From Halocafeteria seosinensis (lineage: Eukaryota): a DNA stretch of 55,060 nucleotides. Under the pieces are notes generated by a model, which saw nothing but the letters and a program-made list of their open reading frames with translations, did no database searches and was not told the origin of the DNA. Shown here one piece after another: positions 1-10,000 of this stretch. The stretch covers positions 1-55,060 of the forward strand of contig LVLI01000061.1 in assembly GCA_001687465.1 (NCBI GenBank), read 5' to 3'. The position numbers and the translations under genes were made by a program. How positions within the stretch are numbered: position 1 is the stretch's first letter; each line of letters opens with the position of its first letter.

Positions 1-34
1 GCATTAATTATTATTAACCGGTAAAAATACTCTA

Positions 35-360
35 TCACCCGCCATTTGTGAAATCAATTGATTTCACAAATGGCGGGTGATAAGCAAACTCTTGGTGTAT
101 GTAAAGTACTGATAGGCTGTGTTGCCTTTCAAGAGATCCCCGGTGGCTTTTTTTCCCGCACTCTACCAGATATGTGGCATACTCTGCTAACATATCCCTT
201 GAGCAAACCACCTCTACCTGTTCTTCTATCTTCTTGCTCGACAGGAAGGCATCTAGATGGTACTGAGCGGTAATTGCGTTCCTTAGCGCTCTGAGAATTT
301 CCTGCCGCCGCCAGTTTATTATACACAACTGGGGCATCCCCCTCGTCTACTTCTTCCACG
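35..360 (-). pseudogene. Frameshifted fragment resembling the N-terminal core-binding region of a Crypton-like tyrosine recombinase
   Basis: Joining minus-strand frames across two shifts gives ...ITAQYHLDAFLSS...DMLAEYATYLVECGKK/ATGDLLKGNTAYQYFTYTKSLL. This recalls the F/Y-ATYL...G..L...TA..Y.S..K pattern of tyrosine-recombinase element N-termini. No catalytic motifs are visible in the window. Confidence 0.25.
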
Positions 361-839
361 AAGATTGAAGATTACTTTGCTATCCCTGCTGGGTAAACAG
401 TTTATGCCGCAAATAGCTCACCGCAAATCCGGTTCCCCGTCGAGAGATGGGAAGATCGCCCCTCTTTGGCGTCCCACGGATAAATCCCACTCCGCCGAGA
501 GACTGGAAAAAGTCTAGTGGCACGTTATAGCACTTTCAGTCGAAAAGCTGTATGGTGCACATATATCTTCCTGTTCGCTGGTTGCAACAAGATCCAAATC
601 CCAAGTTATGGACCTTTGCAACTGCATACCCGTAGTTCGGAGAGATACTGTAAAAGTCGTGTGTGTAGATGTGTATTGGTAATGATGACACAAACCTATG
701 AAGATATATATTACTGTATATACCGCGTTGTATATGTATTTGCAGCGCCCCTCAAACGGAGTTCCTTCCTGTGCTGAAGTCGAAGAAAGAAAAGAAAGAG
801 CGGTCGGAACGAGGTCAGAAGCAAACGGCATAGATGACA

Positions 840-1794
840 AAACCGCCCGCTGTCCGCAACCGCGAATTGCCCGCGGACGCCCTGTATCCACATTTTCAAA
901 ACCCTGCCTACTCCATGTCCCGCTTTAAGTTAAAGCCTGTAACAGCCTTCTCTGTCACAAGGTAGAGAGCAGCTGAGAAGTCGGAGCTTTGAGTTTTCCA
1001 ACGCTTCCTTCAAACTTGTAGAAAGATAAATGAAGCACATCTGTGATAATCAGTATGCCCACAGCCATGGCCACTCTTATAGGAAGACCTGTCGTACTTG
1101 CGGACATGTCAACAAGTGGGATTCCAGGTCTCAATTCCTTTTTATTCTTCAGATCCATGCACATGGCCTCCAATAATCCGCCTTGGCTAGTTTTCCACTA
1201 AACATGTGTTGTCCTACCACCTCATGAGGCTGATTCATTGATCCTTTAATTCTCTTAGACGACGTTACATCAAGACTGCATTTGATGGCTGTTTCCTAAT
1301 TCCCAGTCCATATAACCCGATCGGAACCATCCGGGTATCTCACCATCTTGTCTAGTGCTGGTCTTTTCGAAGAAGTAGGATTTGGGATGTTCTTCATATT
1401 ACACAAGTACCTCTGTTAACCACTACCAAGGATCCTCCTCGTATTCCCAATTTCGCTGAGCCTCTTGGAGACAACTTCGCCAGTATGGGCTAATGCCCCT
1501 TTCTCGTTGGCGACGACTGTTTTTCCTTTCCGTCTGAATGTGAATGTTCTCTGTTGAGCCAACAAAACGATTGGAAACAAACTACGCGTCGTTTCTTCTC
1601 TGGCTGACAATGTTAGTCAATATAGCTCGAAATCGTCAAAGCTGTCCAATCCTGTCTGGCAACGGAATGAAACTTGAGTTTACAAACAAAATATAATAAA
1701 TATTTCCATTTTGCACCGCTGGTCAAGCAGCTGAATTTCAGTGATTATTTCACACAGCGACCGTCTCATGCCATTTCATAGTGAAGCATCCCTG
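840..1794 (-). mobile_element. Probable decayed DNA-transposon (hAT-like) debris
   Basis: No intact ORF. Minus strand reads CAGGGATGC from 1794 and CAGGGCGTCCGCGGG (with GCGG repeats) from 884, both hAT-type terminus starts. A stop-interrupted BED-finger-like peptide RPCAWI*RIKRN*DLESHLLTCPQV lies at about 1095-1170. Confidence 0.25.
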
Positions 1795-2056
1795 GGAGGA
1801 CCTGTAGCCATCTCCTGAATCGATGACAGAGCTGTGCTCAGTAGTAGCCGATGCGATGGCAAATTAATAGAGGCCCACAGCCGTATACGATCAGCTCCCA
1901 ATTACACTGTCCTCCCGGGACATACACGTATGAGGCCCTTTTAGGCCTGTGGACAACCTTTATCGCCCTTATTACGCCTTGTATAGCTAGTTTCCGACCC
2001 TTATTTCCATTTTTGGACCATCTCTATCCACTTGAAAAGCTCTCTTCGACACAATT

Positions 2057-2488
2057 TCAGCTCTTCGACTTGCCAGAGAACCAATTCAGCACCATATCGT
2101 ACTCGTTTTTCCTGAACAAGAGCGCCAAGTCCTCCGGGGGGAAGTCATTGAACAATTTTTCCAGTGTATCAAGGCATTCATGTCCTGCAGCCCATACATA
2201 GTTTCTCACTTTTGTAAGTCGATAAGAAGGAGAGAATTGTTATTTTCATGAGGTTTGCATACCTTGTTTAATGAGCTCCTCAGGAGGTGGAGGAGGAGGG
2301 GAAGGAGGCTTCAGATCATCCTCTTCTATCTGTCCTCGCTGGAGCCTATGCACATATCCGAAGACTTCGAAAGCATCTCGAGCATTCTGCGCAAGCTTGG
2401 ACCGTAGCATGGGAGTGGGTGCTGTCCGAGCTACTTGCAAGGAGCGACGATACAGCCGTCTTCCTTGAAGTGCTAGTCGTTTATGCAT
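2057..2488 (-). CDS. LYR-motif (Complex1_LYR-like) small protein, 2 exons
   Basis: N-terminus RRLYRRSLQVAR...NARDAFE fits LYR plus the downstream conserved F. A GT-AG intron at 2262-2185 (78 nt) restores the frame: ...EELIKQG/HECLDTLEKLF...KSKS*. Confidence 0.65.
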
Positions 2489-2651
2489 GGCGGATAATCA
2501 TGCTTCATATGGCAAATATACCTGGAACCTCGTGAATAGTTGCAAACAAAATGGGGAATGGCAATATTCGATTCAATTCAATTCAATTCATGCTAATTTT
2601 TAGTGACTGGTGGAATCGATGACTCAACGAGATTCGCTGCGCCACCCAACA

Positions 2652-2683
2652 GTAGCAGACACGTCTTCCGGTAGGAGCAATAC
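2652..2683 (+). repeat. Dispersed 32-bp motif, copy A
   Basis: GTAGCAGACACGTCTTCCGGTAGGAGCAATAC; 31/32 identical to the reverse complement of 5096-5127. Confidence 0.9.
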
Positions 2684-2920
2684 ACCAATACCACACTTAT
2701 AGATTGAGAGACATTGGAAAGATGTTCAAAGATTCGGTCGAGAATAGCGTTTTAAGAACAGCAATTCTTGTTAATATATGTTCGTTTTTTACAACGAAAT
2801 CTCTTACAAATTTATGTTACCCCACCGGGTAACGAGCAAGTTGCTCACATGGACAAACATGGACGACGAAAAAAAAACAGTGAGAGTAAGAAATCTAGCT
2901 ATTGAAATCAATGGCAAGTC

Positions 2921-2943
2921 TGACTGACGAAATTCGTCAGTCA
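2921..2943. repeat. Near-perfect palindrome (11-bp arms, 1-nt centre)
   Basis: TGACTGACGAA-A-TTCGTCAGTCA. Confidence 0.85.
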
Positions 2944-3075
2944 ACTCACAGGTATTTCATCAATTTTTGATATTTGAACAGGTTTTGGAAGCAGAACTCA
3001 ATAGATACGCAACCAAAGAGGACGACGATGGCAACAACATTGGTGAAACAATTTTATCAGACCATCCTAGTGGGA

Positions 3076-3126
3076 TTTTGGGAAACTCTGTGTTGTTAAC
3101 GTTTTGGGAAACTCTGTGTTGTTAAC
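3076..3126. repeat. 25-bp tandem duplication
   Basis: TTTTGGGAAACTCTGTGTTGTTAAC twice, separated by one G. Confidence 0.9.
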
Positions 3127-3657
3127 CGACACAGCCAACCACGACAACAACAACTTATCTAGTTAACTTAAAATATTCGAAATGAAAATGTAGCAAAAGC
3201 CGAAATTAAAGCGATGAATTAAAATCACACGCGAAGGAAAAGATGCACGCGTACCAGAGCACATGCTTAGTGTTGAAAGAAATCCTACACAACCATGTAC
3301 CCGCACTGTACGAAAAGGCACAGTTAAGAGTCCGGTGTGAAGTTGCGTGGTCGCAAGGACGCACACCGCGCACCTAATTCAATGCGGCCCATAGTTTTTC
3401 CATGGCAGTTGTAGGTGTTGATGTATGTGGTAGTGGTAGTATACGGTTGTAACAGAAAGGGATGATGGGACGCTAATCATGAGCAGGAAGGCAATAGACC
3501 CGAATGTACGGCCTTGGGTTTGAGTCTCAAACAAAGAATACTCACTATAGAGGGGTATTGGACACCCCATACTCCTTCCGAGGGCATTTCGTTGATCGGT
3601 GCCATTGTGGTTCTCTCGACTGAAAAGTCCCGCAAACAGGCGTCAAAAAGTTGTGCG

Positions 3658-4746
3658 ATGGAGTCTCCAGAAAGCGCGAAGAGTACTGTAGCTCTTCTCT
3701 CTCTTCTATTTACAGCCAGCATTGTTGCCGATATACTGCGCGACAGCATTGTCAGTCCAGGAATCGTCTTGGATTCGGAGGTGCATAGTAGTAGGACGTG
3801 GAATCTTTCCGAGACGAACACCATCACCTCCACGGCGGCGGACTGGAACTCTCAGAACTCAACAGCGGACAGGAAGCCTCCTGTAATGGGCACAACTGTG
3901 AACTTTGAACAATTGTGGAATGAAACAAGGAGAAAATTGATGCAAGGACCCAGAAAGAAAATACGACTCATTCACCTGCACAAATGTGGAGGGAGCAGTT
4001 TCTGTAATATGGCCAAAGCGAACAACGAAAGTCGCCCGGGTGGCAATTGTAATGCCAAGGATGGACGTGTTCCAGATTTACTTAAACGCTCGAAAGCTAT
4101 ACAGCACTCGAAAATGACTTGTAACGAGAGGCGAAATATGCACAGCAAATACAGCTTCGTTGGTACGGAGACAATGCTGGGAGTAAAACCTTGTCCGGAT
4201 ACTTACCATTATATGCTACCGGTTCGTGATCCAATTGATCGCATTCGAAGCCACATAGCCTACCACAAAATGAGAATGGGCGATGTCATCAGGATGTTAA
4301 AGCACGGCAGTCCCACGGCTATGAGTTTCGACAATAAGCCATGGGGCTCCGTCAGGGAAATGTTTGATAACTACTTCATTCGAATGCTCCTCGGTGGCTC
4401 TACATTCTTTGCACCGCTTCATTCACTCAAGGAACGGCATCTTGATCAAGCAAAAGAGAAGATCAATAGGAGTATCTCGGTCATCGTTCCTCTTAAGCAG
4501 CAGGTGCCGGAAGCGAAAAATTGCTTGGAAGCGGTGACTCGGTGGAAAAAGACAACTTTGTCGCATTCCCGAAAGACTTCGCGCCCCAAAAGCGGGACAA
4601 AGGAAGAACTGGATTATATTAGAAAAGTGAATTCTCTCGATCTTCAACTATATCAGTATGCATTGAATCTGTCAAAAACGTGTAGAGAACGTTTAATCAG
4701 CCGTACACTTAAGCAGCCTGTTCAAAATGCGGTGAGCTTGCAGTAG
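3658..4746 (+). CDS. Type II membrane (Golgi-type) sulfotransferase, intronless
   Basis: N-terminal TM (VALLSLLFTASIVADIL), 5'-PSB motif LIHLHKCGGSS, 3'-PB motif PVRDPIDRIRS and C-terminal NSLDLQLYQYA. Start placed at the first in-frame ATG (3658). Confidence 0.8.
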   Translation: MESPESAKSTVALLSLLFTASIVADILRDSIVSPGIVLDSEVHSSRTWNLSETNTITSTAADWNSQNSTADRKPPVMGTTVNFEQLWNETRRKLMQGPRKKIRLIHLHKCGGSSFCNMAKANNESRPGGNCNAKDGRVPDLLKRSKAIQHSKMTCNERRNMHSKYSFVGTETMLGVKPCPDTYHYMLPVRDPIDRIRSHIAYHKMRMGDVIRMLKHGSPTAMSFDNKPWGSVREMFDNYFIRMLLGGSTFFAPLHSLKERHLDQAKEKINRSISVIVPLKQQVPEAKNCLEAVTRWKKTTLSHSRKTSRPKSGTKEELDYIRKVNSLDLQLYQYALNLSKTCRERLISRTLKQPVQNAVSLQ

Positions 4747-4845
4747 GACAGGTAGCAGCGCTTGTAGTACTTAGTCGGTGCCGATAAGTTTCCGCCTCTT
4801 CCACCCTTTGGGACCAGCAAAAGAGATCCCTTCCTATTCGCTGAC

Positions 4846-4946
4846 AGTGTCCGGTCCAGCTTTGGAGTGAACTCTTTTCGCTTGGAAGGGTAGTGATTGT
4901 TCAGAGTGTCCGGTCCAGCTTTGGAGTGAACTCTTTTCGCTTGGAA
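4846..4946. repeat. 42-bp direct repeat with 17-nt spacer
   Basis: AGTGTCCGGTCCAGCTTTGGAGTGAACTCTTTTCGCTTGGAA at 4846-4887 and 4905-4946. Confidence 0.9.
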
Positions 4947-5095
4947 TCCACAAAGAAGTCTCCGTAACTTTTGTGGTTTCCAGTTAGTTGCAGCAGTTTG
5001 TTTATATCCCAATCAACAATTCCACTTGAATACTGCTTCATTAAAGCTTGTAGCGTTGGTAACCGTATTTCCCAGGATTCCAAATGTGTGTGTGA

Positions 5096-5127
5096 GTATT
5101 GCTCCTACCGGAAGACGTGTATGCTAC
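5096..5127 (-). repeat. Dispersed 32-bp motif, copy B (inverted relative to copy A)
   Basis: Reverse complement is GTAGCATACACGTCTTCCGGTAGGAGCAATAC. Confidence 0.9.
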
Positions 5128-5502
5128 AGGCTACGCTACGCCGTGTGAGGGGTGAACCCTACCCGGAACCGCTCCAACATCTTCACGTTGTGGCGCATCA
5201 ACGTGACTGACAGTTTGGCCGTCATCAGCTTGCGGAAGTTCCGCATCTCCCGATTCCAAATGAGCTTCACAAATCCTACATCTAAGAGGAGGAGATCGTT
5301 TGCACTCCTTCGTAGGATGTTCCGAGTCACATCCAACGTTATATAGGTGCATATCGACCCTTTCTTGTACCAAATATTCGATGATGATTAGTATTGTAGC
5401 TTCGCCATCAATAGACAGATCTAATGCACGTGGCTGTGCATGAAATGGGCCTCTAGTTTTGTCTCTAGAGGAGTAAACGGCTGCCCCCCAAAATAAAGTC
5501 CC

Positions 5503-7059
5503 ATGATGAAGTCGTCGTTTCGATTATCGAGGCTCAAGGACACATTATGGCATAATATCGCGATTTTGAGCCGGCGGGCTCTGCAAGGCAGCTCGGCCAT
5601 CCTTGGCCGAGCAATGGACTTTTGCGCGAATTCCTCCATGTCGACCTTCCTGACGATGCTGGGAACCAGTCTGGTGGCGCTGGCGATGCGCCAGCGCGGT
5701 CTGAAGCGTGGAAATGGCCATACCTCCTCGAGTTCGATGTTATGTGACCCCCTGTTGCGTCCGGAAGAGTATATCGTGTTTTTCTACAACAGGAAAGCGA
5801 ATCGCAACATGGGCAACGTTTTGGCCCAGTGGATTCCACGATTCCTCGGACCGAATATGAAATGTTTCCCGTTGGACCCTGAGGGTGTCGAAACGGGAAT
5901 GAAAGCGCTCCAACAGTTGCATTCCAAACTCAGGACGAAAAAGTTAAGAGCGTCAACGAATGAACTCTCGCGCGAAGGATATAGCGCGTTTGATTCAGAT
6001 GAGGAATCAAGTGGAGTCTACGGGAAGCAGCGCTACGGAGGGTCGTCTGGTATAAAGGTAGTGGTAGCTGGAGGAGATGGGTCTGTGTGCTGGGTGCTAC
6101 AGAAATTAATTGAGGAGAATCTATCGTTTATACCGTGTGGAGTTATACCCCTTGGAACGGGCAATGACTTGAGCTACGTGTTAGGATGGGGTTCCCAAGC
6201 GCCTGACTTGTACGGGTTCTTGAGATATGATAGGATACAGCAATGGGTTCGTCAATTACGCGCCGCGGCGAGGGTTCAAACAGATATATGGAGGGCTGAA
6301 TTTGGAGTTAGAGGAGAACATGGTGGCTGCATTACTCAGGTAAAGGGTGGCAAAGCAGTGGATAGCGATGAAATTACCGAATCCTGTTATTGTGTAAACT
6401 ACTCGTCTTTAGGCCTCGATGCGAAGCTAGTTTATGCCGTAGAGATGTACAGAACAAACTTTCGTTTACTGAACAAAATCGTCTATGCAATAGCTGGAAT
6501 GATCAACAGTGCCACGCCATGCTCCCCGATATCTTCCAAGATCGCGAGCCTCAAGCTGAATGGCACTCCAATAGACCCGTTTGCCCTTGGTACGCTGCAG
6601 AATATCATCTCTCTGAGTGTACCGTCTTATGCTGGAGGAGTTCCACTTTGGAAGATTGCGCAAAAGCTAGACAGGAGCGCTTACGAAAAATTATATGTTA
6701 GATTTCCCAATGCCCCTCGTGACCCTTTGATCCCCCTGCCGTCAATGGGGGAAACGAAGCTAGATGGAAATACCCTGAACATAGACAGGGCAGGGTTTTG
6801 GGAACAGTGCGACTCAAACTTTGAACTGGTGGGTGCGAGGTCCCTAACTCAGCTAGGCGCAGCTGTGGGGTGCGAACGGGCTATCTTCGGAGGGGTATAC
6901 CAACTCGCTCGGGCAAGCAGCATTTATGTTGAGTTTCTGACAGGTACAGAATCCCCTATATATGTACAAGTCGACGGGGAGGCTTATATACTTCGGCATC
7001 CGAAGTACTTTGAAATGAAATGGGAACAGCAGGCTACGCTCTTGAGGTGTAGGGGTTAG
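5503..7059 (+). CDS. Diacylglycerol kinase (catalytic and accessory domains), intronless
   Basis: VVVAGGDGSVCWVL, IPLGTGNDLSYVLGWG, NYSSLGLDA, PSYAGG and VQVDGE motifs. The true start may be a later Met (5614 or 5638). Confidence 0.9.
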   Translation: MMKSSFRLSRLKDTLWHNIAILSRRALQGSSAILGRAMDFCANSSMSTFLTMLGTSLVALAMRQRGLKRGNGHTSSSSMLCDPLLRPEEYIVFFYNRKANRNMGNVLAQWIPRFLGPNMKCFPLDPEGVETGMKALQQLHSKLRTKKLRASTNELSREGYSAFDSDEESSGVYGKQRYGGSSGIKVVVAGGDGSVCWVLQKLIEENLSFIPCGVIPLGTGNDLSYVLGWGSQAPDLYGFLRYDRIQQWVRQLRAAARVQTDIWRAEFGVRGEHGGCITQVKGGKAVDSDEITESCYCVNYSSLGLDAKLVYAVEMYRTNFRLLNKIVYAIAGMINSATPCSPISSKIASLKLNGTPIDPFALGTLQNIISLSVPSYAGGVPLWKIAQKLDRSAYEKLYVRFPNAPRDPLIPLPSMGETKLDGNTLNIDRAGFWEQCDSNFELVGARSLTQLGAAVGCERAIFGGVYQLARASSIYVEFLTGTESPIYVQVDGEAYILRHPKYFEMKWEQQATLLRCRG

Positions 7060-7073
7060 CTCGCCGAAGATAG

Positions 7074-10000
7074 CTACTGCCCTGGCTGGAAACGGCCAGA
7101 ATGAAACAGCGCCATTAAAGCGTCTTGCAATAATCCAGGAGTTTCGATAATGTCCTTGAGGTTTTTGTGGATCCAGTCTCTCTGAGCTTCGTCAGCCAAC
7201 TCCATATCCAAGGTTCTGTCTCTAGTAACTATTGACAAATATTGCGGATCCTTTTCAAGTTTTCCCTTCTTTTGTAGCGTTTTCGTCGCTCGTCCTTTGG
7301 TAATCTCTGTAATCTCGTCAAGCGTAACAGTACGATCGTCATTGAAAGAATGATCACCCGGTACTCCCCATCTGAAAAAGAGATAGTTTCCGCTTACATC
7401 CAGCCAAAATACTCGCTCATGCGGTTTTGATAAGATGCCGCTGGCGTACTTTAAGAAACGGAAACCATGAAGCAGCATCAACATGAACTCCATGACATCT
7501 TCTGACAATTCTTCCTCTTCCTCCTCTCCACTCAAGCTAACTTCTGCAAAACCTTCGCCGGCTTCCTCTTCTGTATGAGGTAATTGTTCAGCATGTTTGC
7601 TTTCTACTTCCTCCGCTACCGGTGCCCCCAAACTATCTTCTTTCTTAGGTGGTGCCTCCTCAATTGCCTCCGCTTCATGACGGCCTCGATGGACACTTTC
7701 GGGAGGAAACGTTTTTCGTTCTTCTGAACCTTCCGCAGAATGACCAAACCCGCGAAGTATCGGCCTTTCCGGAGATGCAAGTTGAGGAGAAGCGGCAGAC
7801 GTGGCGGCCTTCCTAGTTTTAATGCGAAGCGGTTTCCCTCTGAGACTATCAACCGTAATCTTGGCTGCGTTTAGCTTTGCTAATTGAGAATCTAGCTTCT
7901 GCTCGTTTTCCACGATACTAAAGCTGGAATCTTGAACCATAGCTTGGAGCTGTTTGGCAAAACTGTGCACAAACGCTTCGTACTGACCAAGCTCCTCATC
8001 TTTCTCCTCCAGCCTCTCCCTCAATTTTGAGTACCCATGCTCTTCCACTTCCTGACCATCTTTTAATTCTTGGAGTTGCTGCTTTAGCGAGCGACATTCG
8101 TTATAGTATTTGGCGGAAGATTCTCGCAATCTTTCGTTTTCCTCCTTGTCAGCGTCTCCTTTCTGCTTGAGCAACCCAGTTAGGGTATTCAGGAACCCTT
8201 GGACTCTTGTAGTATCATCGATATACAGTTCCTGAAGTTCTTGCACACTTTGTGAAACCGCATGTGCTTCTTGTTTTTCCGTTGATTGAAACGCTTGGAC
8301 ACGGGAATACATATTTTCGCGACAAGCCTTTGCACGCTGAAGACTGTTGTGGAGTGCCAATAACTCCTGCTTCAAAGTGCTGACTTCGTTGCTCAACAAT
8401 TCGTTTGATTCCTGTATTTTGGACTCGCTTGTGCTTGCATTATCTTTCAGATTCTCTATTTGGTTCTGCAACGTAGCAATCTGGTCATCTTTTTCAGCTA
8501 GAGTATTCTTCTCGTTTCTGAGTTCTTCTTCCATCCTAGTATTTACCTCCTTGATTTCATATAGTTCTTGCTCAAGTTCACTTATTCGTGCCTGATGTTG
8601 TTGCTTCTCCTGACTGAGTTGGTCATGCACTGTCTGTTGAGAGGCTGTTAGTTTGCCTACCATTTGCTCGTACTTCTTCATCCAGCTACATAGTCTATCG
8701 GTATCCCCAATGAGGGCTTGATCATTATCCTCCAGTTCACTGCGCATCTGAGCAAGTATTCGTCGCTGCTCGACAGCTATTTGCTCGACTTCATCGTGGA
8801 CGCTTTGAGCTTCATTCTGGAGCGACAGCAACGACGACCTTAGCGTAAGCATTTTGTTTTCAAAGTGTTGCCTCGACTCATCGGCCTCTTGTTCAAGATC
8901 TTCTTCGGCTTTCTTCTTTGCTTTTTCTGTTTCTTCCAGCCTTTTTTCCAGTGACGCGTTGTACGATTGCAAGTCAGAGTTTTCGTTTCTGAGCTGTGCA
9001 ACGCTTTGTTGCAATTCGGAAGTTTGCGCATTTTGGTGCTCGGCTTGTTCCGCTTGTTGCTGTAGAGCTGCTAATCGTTGCTCGTGGTTCGATTCTTCAT
9101 CTCTTATCTTCTGCTCCAGTGTCGATTGTTCTTCTTCTAGTTGTTGATTCACAGATTTAAGGTTTTCCACTTCTTTGCTTAGATTTTCTACTTCAGACTG
9201 CAGTTGTTCAATGTGCTGATTCTTTGAATGATTGCTCTCCTGGAGACTCTTGATCTCTGCACTATACTCCGCTCGTACCTCGTCCATGCTTCGTTCATGT
9301 GAGGAGTCCTTGTCTGCGGCTTCCTCCTTAACCCGAGCAATCTCTTCTACATGCTCGTTGTTCGATGCTTCTAACTGCGCCTTCTCATTTTGTATGTCCC
9401 TCATGGTATTGTCTTTCTCTTCCAACTTAGTTCGATACTCTTCGAGCTCCCTCTCGACGGATTCATTTCGTTCTTTCAGTACCTGCAGCGCTTGATCCTT
9501 GTCTTGCAGCTGCTGTATCTCGCGCTGAAGTTCTTCTATGTTGTTATTCTTCGTCTTTATCGTTTCTTGCAGGGACAAATTTTCCTCCTCCAGTACAGTT
9601 ACTCGGTTAGAACTGTCAAAATACGACTCGTTGAGCTTCTTTTGCCTGTCTAGTTTCTTACGAAGGCCATTGACTTTCTCAGAAAACTTAGCTGATACGT
9701 CATTTAGGCAACTTGAACATGAGTCTATTTTCTTCCCCATTGTGTCGACTCCGGCGTCGATAGTGTTCAACACAGGAAAAACTTCCACAAAATGCCTCAT
9801 TGATGGGTCGAGACACTTGCGCAAATGTGTAAAATGGCGCTGTTCCTGTGTAGAGATGGCATTCATTAGCTGTAGTAGATCGGAATTCTTCGTTTTCACC
9901 ATTCTGAGCTCTGTTTTGAGTTGAGAGGCGCGTTCGGAGCACGATCTCATTTGCTTTTGACGCTGCTGATTTACCTGACGGAGCCGTCCTTCAAGATCCT

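Noticed and set aside
381..388. ATCCCTG as another hAT terminus
   Set aside because: A 7-mer expected several times by chance; no subterminal repeats or partner end.
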